A program made the position numbers and the translations under genes. 64,000 nt of DNA from Octopus vulgaris (lineage: Eukaryota): assembly GCA_951406725.2 (NCBI GenBank), contig OX597820.1, forward strand, positions 120,466,001 to 120,530,000, read 5' to 3'. Below the pieces are notes generated by a model. The model saw only the letters and a program-made list of their open reading frames with translations, was not told the DNA's origin and searched no databases. Below, piece by piece: positions 1 to 16,095 of the stretch (position 1 is its first letter; each line of letters begins with the position of its first letter).

Positions 1-296
1 TACAGAAGCCAAAAATTATGCGACGTGGACTTCAATTATAAGTGGCCTATACTCTGTGTTGGAGGGTTAGATGCATAAAGAAGACATACTTTCTACCGTT
101 TACCGAGCTAAGATATTTGCTTCCCAAGAATCCTTACATAATATAATCATTGTGAACATTACAGCTGTGGAAACTTTTATCTCATTAAAGTAGTTTAGTA
201 TAACTTAATAGGCAAACAGTCATTGTTAATATTATCATCGGGTGCAATACAAGTGAGTTATTGTGTTTTAGTTAAGGCTTGACTAGTTATGGTTTT

Positions 297-725
297 GGAT
301 CTTTTTGGTTTGAACGGCAGTTTTTTCTAGCGGCGTCATATGAAATTGTTACCCATAATTATGACCCTAGAATCGATCTATTGCATTTCAATCTCTTTTA
401 GGGCTAGGTTTAGGGTTAGGGTTAGGGGTGGGGGAAGAGTATCTGTTTTTCTTCACAAATGTAAATAAACCCAATCTGTTTCTTAAACGAGGGATATATT
501 CATACGGCACGGAATGCTTTTTAACTTAATAGACGTCACTGATTGGTTGAAATTGCAGAAATTGAAGAAAAAAAAAAAACAAATATCTTACAAACTATAG
601 AATTTTCTCAATAAAGCCAAGAGAAAAAGATGTTTTATAAACACATTCTACCAGTATACGAAGTTTAAAATGTTTTAGTTACCTAGAAATTATGTTAAAA
701 ACTGCCGTTCAAACCGAAAAGATCC
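297..725. mobile_element. Non-autonomous DNA transposon (MITE), copy 1, with internal TTAGGG tract
   Basis: ~28-bp TIRs GGATCTTTTTGGTTTGAACGGCAGTTTT / AAAACTGCCGTTCAAACCGAAAAGATCC; exact 8-bp TSD ATGGTTTT (289-296, 726-733); no ORF. Confidence 0.9.
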
Positions 726-1671
726 ATGGTTTTAATATTATATTGATGGAATCGCTAACGGTAAGCAGAGAAATCATGTAAAGCGCTGTTGGACTGGGAC
801 ATGATGGTGATGCGACGGGGATTTGGGTTTCAGTTTGAATATTACGATAGCTTTTCAACGTCAGCAGTTTAAAGTAACCAAATACTTTTTAATTATTATT
901 TGCTCTCACTTTAAATACCTATTTCGTGTTGGGTATATCGAATCAACAAACGGTATTACATCTCACTGTTACTCTCGAATAACTTAGCACAGAAGTTTTG
1001 TCTATATTCTAAATATAAATCCTTTTAAAGTATTTCTTAAAACTGAAGATAATCGGCTTATATTCAAAACAAAATATTTTCAAAACAGAATTAATGAAAT
1101 ACATTAAAGCTGATTCTGAAAAAAATGCAACAATTGTGTCCAACTTACTTAAAATTCGTGCAATATGTAAAATTAATATCACTCTTCTTGTCTTCCATCT
1201 TAGAAAATATATTTGCACAAACTCTGTTTAAAAGACTTGGGTACAAAATTGCGTTCAACATTTGTTGAGAGACAGTGGAATAGTAAGACAATATCTATTA
1301 TAATCATATTGGAGGTTTTACTCAGCTGAAATTGTAATACCATATATCATAGGAACAACGATGAAAGTATTTATATTGTCAATGGTCGGTGTGTATAATT
1401 TTAGAGTAGCAAATGAACTTCGAGTTTTACAGCAAACAGTTATCCGTGTAATTTATTGCATATTCTCCTCGGCATATGTTACATCATTAACTAATGAAGC
1501 AATTAATAATTGTTACGCAGTGGAATGATGAGATACTAATCGCATTTTTTACTGTGTTTTTCTTTCTTTCTTTTACGCTGCGAAATATTAATTTAGATTC
1601 ATGTCTCAAACCGATAGAGAGGAGCAGAAGGTTGCGTAAAGGAGTGGGAAATGAATACGGCAATGAAAGTA

Positions 1672-1719
<48 letters not shown>

Positions 1720-3542
1720 TCATAACGTGTTGAACTATGGGGCAGATAGAATTGGGAATCCTTACTAACACAGGAGTTGTCAAGATATTCCGTGTAAACA
1801 AGTGGATGAATACAAGCGCTGATGAAGGTCAACTAAAACGACTTCTGGAGTTGGGTGATTTTAAAATATTGCTCATTATCTAATCAATCACTTCGAAACC
1901 TATCAATATTTCTCATTGAAACATTGGTTTTCATATAATTAATATTTATGCAGCTTTCATACTACTTTCGTTCACTTACTCCATATAACTTACATTTTAT
2001 CTTGGGTAAATTTCCTTTTTAACAAAGGAAAACTGTATTACGATAGGAAATTCTCCATAAATGTAATAATAATGGCTGATATAAAGTTATTATTCAATGA
2101 AGGGTTATATCGAAGGAAACATCCAAAATATATAAATACAGCGCAAAAACAGAAATCTTTTCGGAGAAGTGAACACAAGATTTCATTTTTGTGGTACTTG
2201 ATTATATACAAAGTGAGGAATCGAATGATAAATTAGTAATCCATTAATATTACCAATCATGATGATTTATTTATTATAAAGGGCATATTTAGAGATAATT
2301 TAATAATTATCTAAGTACAGTTGCTTGTGCCTCTTAGGTATTTTATACTAGAGAAAATATACGATTTCAAGGGGACCCACCTAGAAAATAAAGAAGCATA
2401 ATTTCAGCTGTATCTACTTCTGAGAATGCTACAAGAAAGATGAATATCGCACCAGAATAATCATGAGACACTCTGAAGATAACGAGGAAAATGCATTGAA
2501 GAAGTTTGTTCGACAATAGATATGAAGTGACGAGCACGGAACTTAAAAGTGACAGCCATCCGATCCAAGAATCCGTGAGAGAAATGTTAGTTATAACTCG
2601 AGTCGTATCCAGTGTTTCAGTTGGATTTTCCGCTTATTTTATATTCCATGTCAACGAGTGATTTAAATTGGAATGTCGCTTATAGTAATTATTGTACAAA
2701 GTTAGTGTGTAAAAAGTATGTGCGCCACATAATTTGGTGAAATGACATTGAGTCCGAGAAGTAGATAATTTTATTGCCTTTCTGTTTGTTTCAACAGCGG
2801 TTATTGGTGTTGAGGATTTTGGTTTCCGATATTATAGTACGATCTCAATAATTGTTGAGCTAATTGTGTTGAAAGGAAATCTAAATATCTTTTTCTTCAA
2901 CTCTTTCTATGTCCCTCTTTCGCTCTCGAAAACATTCATAGAATTTTAACGTGAATAACAATACACATGTTGAAGAGGAAAGACAGAATATTAGAAAGTT
3001 AGGTATGAAGTGTTGATGCGACAGTTTTAAATAATAGATTATTTTTCATAGGTCCTTCAAAATTTGAGAGGAAACTCTATTTAAGCAATGAGATCTCCAG
3101 TGGCAATGACTCCGAAGCATCGTATGCGGTTGATGTAGAGTGTAAAACACTTCTGCTTTTCAGTAAATGATAGAAAACAATCACCTTAATTGAATCAATA
3201 AATTTTTGTGCACATTTACAAAATTATTTTAATGATATTTACAGAAGCGATACAGAATTCCCACTTCATAGTTTCTAAAAGGAACAACACCATATAAAAT
3301 TGCAAAGTTTTGGCGATGTTTTAAATTTCACTAAAACGAAGTTAATATTTCTAAATCGGGATTCACAAATGTACGTTATAATATAAAAATAGCGATGATC
3401 ATAAACTCACATCTTCTTTCTTTCTCTTCATAGATATCTAAATATAGAACCTGTGGTTATTTCATTTTCAATCGATTTCATATATTAAGACATTTCAATA
3501 AATCCTAGGTGATAGATACGTTTTTGCGTTTCTGATTTCTCT

Positions 3543-3724
3543 TTGCCTGTGCCATCCATCTGATTCTTATTTCCCCTTTGTCTTTTCTCTCTCGTTATCT
3601 GTTCTCCCCACCTTGTCAGATCCGCGCATGTGCGCACACGTACATACGCCTGAATACTTAGATATAAACAGACATCATTTAGTTTTAAGAGCATCAGTAA
3701 CCACAACTGATATTGACTGATTTA
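3543..3724 (-). repeat. Dispersed repeat fragment (inverted copy of ~14968-15150)
   Basis: Reverse complement matches AATCAGTCAATATCAGTTGTGGTTACTGATGCTC...GGATCTGACAAGGTGGGGAGAA...GATGGATGGCACAG at ~15 kb. Confidence 0.8.
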
Positions 3725-3752
3725 ACTAGCCTTAAGATTTGATTACAGTAGT

Positions 3753-3965
3753 GATCATCATCATCATTGTTCGACCGTGACAATGGAATTTACTATGCCA
3801 CGCCAGACTTTACGATCCATCATAGCATTACGGAAGTCCTGTTGCTGGATGCCTGTATCCCTGGAGATTATAATATCAAGGTAGGAGAGTGTGCGCCCTC
3901 TGGTATCGCGAGTAGATGGCTTCCAGAGGAGAAGAGTAGAAATTACCTCGTTTCCAGCTCTTCTC
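3753..3965 (-). mobile_element. 3' fragment of an RTE-like non-LTR retrotransposon
   Basis: Minus ORF ...EVISTLLLWKP...RGR..SYLD...DTG......AMMDRKVWRGIV resembles the RTE-clade ORF C-terminus; followed directly by a (TGA)n tail. Confidence 0.7.
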
Positions 3966-4609
3966 AATAAAGGATATCTTCTCAATAAAGGAGCACTATA
4001 AATTTCCAATCAAGTCTCGGAATATATCTGCGTGCGTGTGTGTGTTTGACTAAGAGCTAAACAACTTTTCTGGTAAGACAATATCGTAGAGTATAAATTA
4101 TCATATGTTTTGTTTGAAGGAAGTACCCTATTGGCCAGTGATAGGTTTGTTTTTGTTTTTCATATTTTTCTTTTAACATTTCAAAATCAGTGAATTAAGA
4201 ACTTCCTGCTACCCATTTCCCTTTGGCGAAGCTAAAAGTCAGGAATGCTATCTGAAATAAACGACAGTCTATATAACAAAGTTTTCTTTATCTAAGGTAG
4301 GTATTAAATTTAGAATTCCATAGTACTCGTTTCTGAAAAAGTATCTTCTATTAGTTGTTTTATTCATTTTTGCACGCACAACAAAATAAAGACTTCGATT
4401 TGATAATCGAATTGTATTCTATAGTTTTGAAATTTCTAGGAGGCAATTATCTCATATAATTGAAAATCAAGAGTACGCACAAAGTGAGATTTACAAGTAA
4501 ATCTGTTTAATAAACAAGGGAGTGCATGGGGTCCTGAGCCTGTCATACATACAAAATTTAACGGATAAAAATTAAATAAGATTTCTAGACAATAATTTTT
4601 CATAGGAAA

Positions 4610-4610
<1 letters not shown>

Positions 4611-4675
<65 letters not shown>

Positions 4676-4693
4676 TATCATTATTATTATTAT
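4611..4693. repeat. (ATT)n microsatellite
   Basis: Seen directly. Confidence 0.95.
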
Positions 4694-5194
4694 TTCTTTT
4701 ATATTGTGAATATTACTAACCTTGTCGATATATCAACCCTTGCTTTGGTGCATCCATATGGGGCCTACTACAAAATTACACTCCTATTCATACAAAAATA
4801 TACCTTAAGGGCAATAATAGTTCATAGGAAAGCGCCTCTTGCTGTACAAAGTACAAGCAAATACAATCTAATAGGGTGTGAAGTTAATATCAACTTGTTA
4901 AATTATATTATACGGGGGTGGTGTTGTGTGATATGAGTAAATCTCGTGGGGTCGACAATAAATGGATGTAGAGCCATAAACTGACTGAAAATTAGACCCA
5001 GAATGAAAAGTTAATTTAAACAAGCGAACACATGGTGTAGGAAGTAAAGTCAAGTTAAAGTAACGTAAGTTGCAAATGAAGCCATTACTGAGATGGCAGC
5101 TACAGGATCTCTTATGTGGGGTGTAGAGTACTTATGCTCTCTGTGATCGACTTAGGATCATAGTTGAAAAATCTGCCATTATTAAAGGTGTGAG

Positions 5195-5426
5195 GAAGTT
5201 GAGCTGGCAGAAACGTTAGCACGCCGGACAAAATGCGTAGCCGTATTTCGTCTGCCGTTACGTTCTGAGTTCAAATTCCGCCGAGGTCGACTTTGCCTTT
5301 CATCCTTTCGTGGTCGATAAATTAAGTACCAGTTACGCACTGGAATCGATGTAATCGACTTAATCCGTTTGTCTGTCCTTGTTTGTCCCCTCTCTGTGTT
5401 TAGCCCCTTGTGGGTAGTAAAGAAAT
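5195..5426 (+). mobile_element. tRNA-derived SINE, family M (Meta-domain-like body)
   Basis: A-box-like GAGCTGGCAGAA, B-box GTTCAAATTCC, body GGTCGACTTTGCCTTTCATCCTTTC..GGTCGATAAATTAAGTACCAG; homologous copies at 52.7-55.2 kb. Confidence 0.8.
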
Positions 5427-5989
5427 ATATATTAAGGAGAGATAAATTAATAAATATATTATATATTTTGTTTTTGTGCGTGGGGGGTGGAATTTATCTC
5501 GGATACGTTGGTGAAGGGATTAAACTCCTGGATTACCTATAAGGGACCTTGGAGTGTAATACTTTGAAAGTAGCTTTAATTTGGAAGTTAATATATGCCA
5601 TCATTTAGTATCGAAGACTACTATTTCTGTGGTAAAGTGGTCTGGGTGTTATTGGTGGGTATGATGCAAAGGGTCTCAAAACCTATTTATATTTAGAGAG
5701 GGTAAATTTACCCTTGTGCAGGCAAGTTAGTACCTCTCTTCCCTCAAGTTAAGTAATGCACGTTGCGCCGCTAGAATGAAAAAAATTTTCATTGATTGTT
5801 GACACCATTAGATTTACTCATTTGATAACCCCTACCACCGTATAACGCAATTTAACTACTTAATATTAAATTCACAACTCTTTAGATTGTATTTGTTTGT
5901 ACTATGTTCTGCAGCAGGCGCTTTCCTATAAACTATTATTGCTCTTAGGCAAATTTCTTTATGAATAGGAGTAGTTGGTTTATGTGTAT

Positions 5990-6340
5990 GCGCAATGGCC
6001 CAGTGGTTAGCGGTCGTAGGATCGTGGTTTCGATTCCCAGACCGGGCGTTGTGAGTGTTTATTGAGCGAAAACACCTAAAGCTCCACGAGGCTCCGGCAG
6101 GGGATGGTGGTGATCCCTGCTATACTCTTTCACCACAACTTTCTCTCACTCTTACTTCCTGTTTCTGTTGTACCTGTATTTCAATGGGCCGGTCTTGTCA
6201 CTCTCTGTGTCACGCTGAATATCCACGTTAAGGGTACACGTGCCTGTGGAGTGCTCAGCCACTTACACGTTAATTTCACGAGCAGGCTGTTCCGTTGATC
6301 GGATCAACCGGAACCCTCGTCGTCGTAATCGACGTAGTGC
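5990..6340 (+). mobile_element. tRNA-derived SINE, family R, tail type 1 (octopus OR-like)
   Basis: TGGCCCAGTGGTTAG...GGTTTCGATTCCC head; near-identical to 55371-55750; short direct repeat TTGGTTTAT near both ends. Confidence 0.85.
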
Positions 6341-7793
6341 TTCCACCACTTGGTTTATTTATAATGTCATAAGCGGCCTTGTGACACTTGTAACATATGC
6401 TATTAATGTGAGTTTAGAGTAATACATTATACTGGCGGATACCGTAGCGGATGTCAGTTATGTTCCAAATTATGGCTAACCACACCGATTAGCATTTAAC
6501 ATCAATAACTACTACACACACTGTAAATTCCACCACTGGCAAATTTCTTGTTTGATTCTCTGGATGTTAATACCAATAATTATAAAATATGGAGAATTGT
6601 TCATCCTGAAAAGTTATTTTCTATTATTTTTGCAATTTTTATGTTTATTACCGCCTACACGTATTCCCACTGCACAGATTATGAGCAGTAGCACACGCAA
6701 CCAGGCATAATGGTCTGTGCAGCTTCATTCAAGCTCTGTCCACCAGCTGATCTATAAGCGATCTGAGTACATCTAGTTGTTTGCTTCTTAGAGTTCAGTG
6801 GGAAGCGAGGGGAGGTTGTTTTGCATCTGAAATCTGATGTGTTTGTAAGCTTGTATAGTTGAGCCCGGTTTCACACAAGTTACTGCCCGAAGTCAGAATT
6901 CTGTCTAATTAGGTCGAGGTTATTGATACGGGTTTGGCAAGCTCCGTTGCGGATTGGAGTCGTTGAGTCTTTAATAACCTTGCTTTCAAATATCGTCTTT
7001 GTAATGGTTTTAGTTATTCATATATTTTCGTTGCTGTGACATTATTGCTGGTAGTAGAAGTTAGACAGAATAATATGCTTATGAAAATGTCATGTATTTT
7101 TGGAGTTCAGGATATGTACTTCTGTCCTTCCTATCTCACCAATCTGTGGGTGGGATATTGAGTTATCTACAACGTTTGTTAAATTTCTTGAATGTTTTTG
7201 TATGATTCCAGCCTTCTATTAAGTAAAGCTCTGGTGTATATCTTCAATACATAACTCACATTTATTTCCTTCCGCACGATACGGTTTTGCTGTACTAATT
7301 ATCTCCCACTCCGTGGTATAAATGTGCTTCCTATCTTTAAGAGAGTCTATTAGTTTGTTAGGCTCGTGCTATTCCTCTTACTTCTATGGCAAAATGAATT
7401 TAAATGATTTGTTAGACTCATTTTGTAATGTAGCGACCTGGTCCGTATACAGAGGTACGTCCTTCGCTCAGAAATGATTTTGTATCAGTAGTCTAGGTTC
7501 TTCGTCTTACGTTTAGAGTTTAAGCGGCATACATTATTCTTAGCAGAATTATACAAGCTTAATTCCCCGTTCCTATTATATATTGCGTTAGTTCTCCTTT
7601 ATGTCTCTGCTGCCTTTGTTTCTGTCCATCAACTATTTTCCCTAAGCTTTTATCAATAGGTATTAGCAGGCTACGAATTCTAGCTATTCTGATTCCCTGT
7701 CCTGTTTGGAGTTTTCTTTGCTCGACTTTTGTTTGGAGTTTTCTTTGCTCGACTCCCATGTCCGGCTTACATGATCCATTAGCTGTAACCTAG

Positions 7794-8096
7794 TGGAGGC
7801 ACATGGTTTAGTGGTTAGAGCAGCGGATTCGCGGTCGAGGGATCGCAGGTTCGAATCTCAGACCGGGCGATGTGTGTGTTTATGAGCGAAACACCTAAGC
7901 TCCACGTGGCTCAGGCAGAAGGTCATGGCGAACTGCTGCTGACTCTTTCGCCACAACTTTCTCTCACTCTTTCCTCCTGCATCTAGCAGATCACCTGCGA
8001 CGGACCGGTGTCCCGTCCAGGTGGGGAACCTATACGCCAAGGAGTCCGGGAAACCGGCCCTTATGAGCCAAGCGTAGTTCGAGAAGGAACAAACAT
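7794..8096 (+). mobile_element. tRNA-derived SINE, family R, tail type 2
   Basis: A/B boxes TGGTTTAGTGG / GGTTCGAATC; tail CCTGCGACGGAC..GTCCCGTCCAGG...GAAACCGG; TSD TAACCTAG. Confidence 0.85.
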
Positions 8097-8699
8097 ATAA
8101 CCTAGCGCAGATAATAGCAACAGACAATGCGAGAAGAATATCCTATTTTCGAATAACCCAGGAAAATAGTGAACTAGAGAATAAAAATTTGGATAGCACT
8201 AATACCAAAAAAAAAAAAAAAAATTAAAACACACATTAGTGGGAATGGTAATACACAAATACTTGAAGGTATAATATGCTGGCAAATTCTAGAGGACACA
8301 TCAACGACAGGGTTATGAAATTGCTTCATTCAGCCTAGGAGACATAATCTCAGTCGGGTAATGCAGATTTTGTATTGAAATAATATGACGAGCTATATAT
8401 TTTAAATATGAGAAATAATCCTGAATCTTAGTCAAACAAATCTCTCTACACTTTGTATATATTACCGTAAAAATTATTTTCAATGTTATAAACACAGCAA
8501 GGAATGTATTAATATTTTTTATTATGTTCTATGACATTTTTATGATAAAACCTCCATATAAATATTTTTAAAAACCGTATGTAAGTCTCTTGTCTACAAT
8601 CGACTTTCCAATAACATCATAAAATTAAAGAATATTTTAATATTTGTACATATTTTTATTGAAACTTTCATCGTTAGTGAAATTGCGATGCAAGTGTTT

Positions 8700-8831
8700 A
8701 TGTGCGCGTGTGTAGACGTGTGTTTGTGTGTATAGCATACATATATATATTAGAGTCTATATGTGTATATATATATATATATTTATACATATATATTTTA
8801 TGTATATATATATAATAAATGTATACACACA

Positions 8832-8877
<46 letters not shown>

Positions 8878-9110
8878 CATATACATATATATGTATATGT
8901 ATATACATATATATAAATATACATATATATATACACATATATATGCATATATGTATATACATATATATATATATAAGAATATACATATACATATATATAT
9001 ATGTATTTATATACATATATACATATATACATATATGTATATAATATATATATATATGTATATTCATATATGCATATATATATATGCACATATCTATATA
9101 TCTCTGTGTA
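8700..9110. repeat. Degenerate (TA)n/(TACA)n low-complexity tract
   Basis: Seen directly. Confidence 0.9.
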
Positions 9111-9467
9111 TGTGTGAGGGTGAGTGTGTTTTTGTGCGTGTACAAGGATGCAGATATACTCGCTTAAAAAAAGCTACATTTACATATAAAATCTATGATG
9201 CAGTCTATATCTCGCTGCAGATAGCTAAGTGCATTTATAAATTGCACGAAATATACACATGAGTATACGTGATACTTACACACGCGCATGCACACATACA
9301 CACAAGCACACATAAACACACACACACACACACACATGTATATATATTATCATTTCAATAAATTATAGACTAAAAAGCAATAAGTATTCTTACAATCTAT
9401 TTGCGGCTCACATCACTCAATCTATCTAATCATTTTCATAGAAACATGATTAAATTCGTTATCTTCA

Positions 9468-10168
<701 letters not shown>

Positions 10169-10910
10169 TGACTATTATTATAGAGTTCCGTTTTATTATT
10201 TTTGTGTTTGAAAAAGACATTTTACTAAAATTACAAAGTGACATTTATGTTATTCTTATAATAGTATCCTGTTTTGTTTTTACTACTTCGCACATCTTTT
10301 CTTCTCCTTTTAACGCATCTAATCTTCAACCTTTTCTTTCTCTCCCCTGACACACACCCAGTCTTTGCACTCTAACACTTTCAAATACATTTTTAGCACT
10401 TCTACTCCATCAATTCTTTTATTTTTGCCTTCACAAATAATATTTGTCATCTTTTTTTATATCCAAATATACTCTCCTTTTTCTTGCAAAGTGTTTTTAT
10501 TTCAATGCATTCATATCCCTCCCTCTAATCTCCTTCCTCTCCTTTGTTATTCCTATCTTTTTCATTTTCTCATTCGCAGTTTTTCTTATTCTTTCTTTTA
10601 AAATATCATATCTTCCCTCACACTTTTAATTTTAGTTTTTTTTTCCCTCTCTGTTGTTAATGTTTTCTCAAATATATACCCAGCAATATAATGAGAAATG
10701 AACACGTAAGAGATAAGCTGAAATTAACCAACATGGACATAATAATTTCTAATTCAAGTCGCTTGCGATTCACACCCCCAACACAATATGCGAGTGTGTA
10801 AAGTATCAGCCAATTTCCTATAATTCACTTCTTACAATTCTGCTTCATAAGAGTATTTGTCTCTTTATCAGGATTTCCAGTATCATTACAACTTATTTTT
10901 ATTCACTATC

Positions 10911-11000
<90 letters not shown>

Positions 11001-11021
11001 GTGTGTGTACACACATACATA

Positions 11022-11160
11022 ACAATAATAATGTTCATCCTTCGGGTTCGAAGATGACCATTGAAATCATTTGGTGGAACTGCTGCTATGAGACCGGAGG
11101 TGGCTGGTGAGGCCAATCCAGGCAAGAAAGCCCCTCCCACAGGTGGGGCAGAAGTGGACA
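11022..11160 (-). mobile_element. 3' end of an RTE LINE (C-terminal CxxC..H..H motif, 3'UTR and tail)
   Basis: Minus frame VHFCPTCGRGFLAWIGLTSHLRSH...stop, then GGTCATCTTCGAACCCGAAGGATGAAC and a short (ATT) tail. Confidence 0.75.
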
Positions 11161-11443
11161 CTCATACACATATACATACACACTGAGTAGATTTCAGAAG
11201 TGGCGTATTGAAATCAGAAGTGAAAGTGAAACTCAGAGTCGTGCAGAATAAGTAAGTTCAGTTATCATAATCAAAATATATAAAAGCGAAGGTAACCAGA
11301 GCATAGTGACCTCTGTAAATTACGGTTAATCAGTGGTTGATTTCCGCAAGATTTTTCATTTAAAACCATATTACAAATCGTAAACCATGCTAAATGGCAG
11401 CGTCATGCAGTAGGAAGAAAGTAATTCTACATTCTGTATGTTG

Positions 11444-11660
11444 CTCTTTTACTCTTTTACTATTTTACTTGTTTCAGTCATTTGACTGCGGCCATGCTGG
11501 GGCACCGCCTTCAGTCGAGCAAATCGACCCCGGGACTTATTCTTTGTAAGCCCAGTACTTCTTCTATCGGTCTCTTTTGCCGAAACGCTAAGTGACGGCG
11601 ACGTAAACACACCAGCATCGGTTGTCAAGCAATGCTAGGGGGACAAACACAGACACACAG

Positions 11661-11720
<60 letters not shown>

Positions 11721-11915
11721 GACAGGCTTCTTTCAGTTTCCGTCTACCAAATCCACTCACAAGGTATTGGTCGGCCAAATCCACTCACAAGGTATTGGTC
11801 GGCCCGGGGGCTATAGCAGAAGATACTCGCCCAAGATGCCACGCAGTGGGACGACTGAACCCGGAACCATGTGGTTGGTTATCAAGCTACTTACCACACA
11901 GCCACTCCTGCGCCT
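11444..11915 (-). mobile_element. tRNA-derived CORE-like SINE, family C, with internal microsatellite
   Basis: Head AGGCGCAGGAGTGGCTGTGTGGTAAG..GGGTTCAGTC; (GTAAAAGA)n tail; internal 28-bp tandem duplication at ~11747-11802. Confidence 0.9.
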
Positions 11916-12477
11916 GTTAGTGTACAGCAGCAATATTTCATTGTTATAAATCATTCACATATAGAACAGTATATATACTTCTAAATATCGGAACTAAACA
12001 TTTTCACACAATATTTATGTAATTGATTACCATATACATTTTCCTAGACCCTCAGTATAATGGACAGCCTCTATAGAGATCTCATTTCACGTAGCATATA
12101 ACACCTATTCAATAATTAAAATTTTTTATCAGGGAAAGTTCTTCACGGCTACGTGATAATAAATTTAGGCTTTAAAGAAATCGAAGCAAATCTAGAAACA
12201 CTTCTATGGTCGTGCCATATAAATGCAGAAGGCAAAAAGAAATTTAGAAGATGCAGTTTATAATTCAAACATAAGAGTATATCTGTTAGAACGGAGTTAT
12301 TGCACTAAAATGTATAAATAAGGAGAGAAAGAAATTATTGATTAGGGAATAAGAAGTTGCTTCTAAATCGTTGTGAATATGGTGCACATCTCAGCAAAAA
12401 GGGATTTCCATATAAAAGCCAGCTGTTGTAGTTTCATAGGGGCAAAAAGAACTAACACATATTAGGGTACGTCCGTT

Positions 12478-12899
12478 GGATCTTCTCGGTTTGAACGGCA
12501 GTTTTTCTAGCGGTATCATATGAAATTGTCACCCATAATTATGACCCTAGAATCGATCTATTGCATTTGAATATCTTTTAGGGTTAGGGTTAGTTAGGGT
12601 TAGGAGTGGGGAGAAGGGTATCTTGTTTCTTCAAAATGTAAATAAACCCAATCTATTTCTGAAACGAGGGACATATTCCTACGGCACAGAATGCTTTTTA
12701 ACTCAATTGACGTATTTGATTGGTTGAAATTGCAGAAATTGAAGAAAAAACAACAAATATCTTGCAAACTATAGAATTTTCTCAATAAATCCAAAAGAAA
12801 AAGATGTTTTATAAACATATTCTACCAGAATACGAAGTTTAAAATTTTTTAGTTACTTAGAAATTATGTTAAAAACTGCCTTTGAAACCGAAAAGATTC
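12478..12899. mobile_element. TTAGGG-containing MITE, copy 2
   Basis: Same TIRs and body as 297-725; TSD CGTCCGTT (12470-12477, 12900-12907). Confidence 0.9.
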
Positions 12900-12949
12900 C
12901 GTCCGTTTAATATTTTAGTTAAAATTAGTTTTGTTTGAATTTAACCTGT

Positions 12950-13367
12950 AGGCACAGGAATGGCTGTGTGGTAAGTAGCTTGCTAACCAACCACATGGTT
13001 CCGGCTTCAGTCCCACTGCGTGGCATCTTGGGCAAGTGTCTTCTACTATAGCCCCGGGCCGACCAATGCCTTGTGAGTGGATTTGGTAGACGGAAACTGA
13101 AATAAGCCTATTGCATATATGTATATATATGTATATATATGTATGCGTGTGTGTGTTTACGTGTCTGTGTTTGTCCCACTAGCATTGCCTGACAACCGAT
13201 GCTGGTGTGTTTACGTCCCCGTCACTTAGCGGTTCGGCAAAAGAGACCGATAGAATAAGTACTGGGCTTACAAAGAATAAGTCCCGGGGTCGATTTGCTC
13301 GACTAAAGGCGGTGCTCCAGCATGGCCGCAGTCAAATGACTGAAACAAGTAAAAGAGTAAAAGAGTA
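12950..13367 (+). mobile_element. SINE family C
   Basis: Full head, CTTGGGCAAGTGTCTT core, internal (TA)/(TG) tract, GTAAAAGA tail. Confidence 0.9.
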
Positions 13368-14816
13368 TAAAATGTGAAATTAGTTAATATTGATGATTCC
13401 GATATTAACTGAGTTCAATGGGACCAGTAAAATAAGGAGACAAACCAGCGATTTGTTGCGCCTTTAACGTGTCGTGCAACACTTTGATTTCATGGAGTAA
13501 CACAAACAAATTTCTCACTGCGTCAGACACAGTATCAGAATAATCGAATTGATTTTTCATTTGTTTGAAATGATAGACATCAGAGTGTCTGAGGTTGTCG
13601 GAAAGAAACGATGTATGCGACAGAAAATATTGCACAAAAACTAATAAGAAATGCAATGTACGAGCTATAGAAATACTACACATCGTGAAATCTGATTTTC
13701 CATATTTGCTACTGAACGCAATATGCATATCGATAATAGGAACCCAATAATTGTCTCGCGTATTCTGATGCTTATATATAAATTCACAGCATCAACAATT
13801 AATAGAATGAATGAAAAGTCATTGAAACAGCAACAACCTTCGTATTGAACTGGCGATACATTTGAATAAGCACCAAATATAGTGATTATACAAATTTTAC
13901 GGTAAGTGTAAACTGAAGTCCTACAGATGTAGTATTATTTTTAAATATGTTCCTACTTTGAATGATGATATAATATTACCAAAAGCTAACATTATAAATA
14001 TTGATTCTGTTAAATAAACAGAAACCTGTTTTATATATGTGTCTAGATATAGTTGGTAGAACTGACCTCATTAACTCCGTCTGATTTTGATAAATGGACG
14101 ACAAGATGAGCTTGACTCATTTGAAATTGGTGAGTTGAGAGACAAAATGGGATAATGATAAAAAAGATTATTATAAATATTCCATTTCTCTGCCGCTCCC
14201 GTGTTATAGTTGCACAGTAACTTGCACTAAACTAACATTTTAATTATCACACCTTGCGATTTCCTGTACAGTTCGGTAGACATTTATGAAAATGAAAATT
14301 ACGCTATGAATTTCATGTGAAGCAGCAGAAAAATAAATAAATTTTATGACGAAAAAAAAATCTCTGTGAAACAATACACGCCATTTTGAATTGACTGTGA
14401 TGGTTTAACTTATCTACTGAAGACGACTTAAAACATAACACTTTACTGACCCGAAACCAATTCATTTATTTTTGAAATCTGAAAACCATTTATTTTAGAA
14501 TTCTGCATTGCATTATAAATATATTAGAGACATTTTACCATTCAACTAGATTATTAATTGTGACACATCAATTAAGAATTACAAAGACAAAACAAAAAAT
14601 AAGAATAACACAAAATGCATCAAAACAAATTATTACAGGAAAAATTCTATAATTCATCTTTCACTTTTTGTAATTATGATTTACGTGAAAACATTTCTCT
14701 AAAAAAAATATCTATTATATGACTTTCATAACACGCTTCAGAGTTCTTTTATTTAGTGTTACCTCTTTCTGATTTGAGTAAATGATATACATACATATAC
14801 ACACACAAATATACAT

Positions 14817-15158
<342 letters not shown>

Positions 15159-15160
15159 AA

Positions 15161-15206
<46 letters not shown>

Positions 15207-15650
15207 GAGTGAGAGAGCAGTGCATGCCATCAAAGTGACACTGGGGTAAAATATACGAAGCCCAGTATACCCATCATGACTACCCGTCTGATAAGGGTAC
15301 ACCAGGCACATGCATCACAACCATATGTGCGCGACATGGGGATCTCATATCAAGATAAACAGCACGTGACCTTGCAGGTGGGGCCCAGTTAGAATTTTCT
15401 TCAGGTTGAGTAGCCCACCCCGCTCAAAAGGTCCCTGAATAAGGGTTGTTTAAGGATGTTGAAAGAACCACCCATGTTTCCAGAGGTGAATTATTCAAAC
15501 CCCAAAGAATCCCTCTCAACACATGGCTATGATGCTCCCCAACTACTTCTGCTCGTGATCAGAGATGCACATATCGTCAGCCACTAAGGGACATGCTCAA
15601 CTGGTTAAGGTCAAACAACTGACAAGCAAATCTGTGGTACTGAGCAGAAT
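15207..15650 (-). mobile_element. (AAT)n-embedded retroposon 3' fragment (possibly R4/Dong-type or a dependent)
   Basis: (ATT)n on both sides; second copy at 30699-30984 has the same junction ATT-GAGTGAGAGAGCAGTG. Confidence 0.6.
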
Positions 15651-15667
15651 ATTATTATTATTATTAC

Positions 15668-15778
<111 letters not shown>

Positions 15779-15785
15779 CATATAC

Positions 15786-15887
<102 letters not shown>

Positions 15888-16051
15888 CCCTGCGACAATG
15901 TAAACATTCATTTAATCGAGATATCATTGCCTTCAAGAGTAACCTGCAGTACACACCTTGCTTGGCTATTTACCACTTCCGAGGTTCCGTTCGCCATGAA
16001 ATAGATGTAGCCCAGATCTTATCTACACCTTTCCTCAAATCTTGTGTGTGC

Positions 16052-16095
<44 letters not shown>
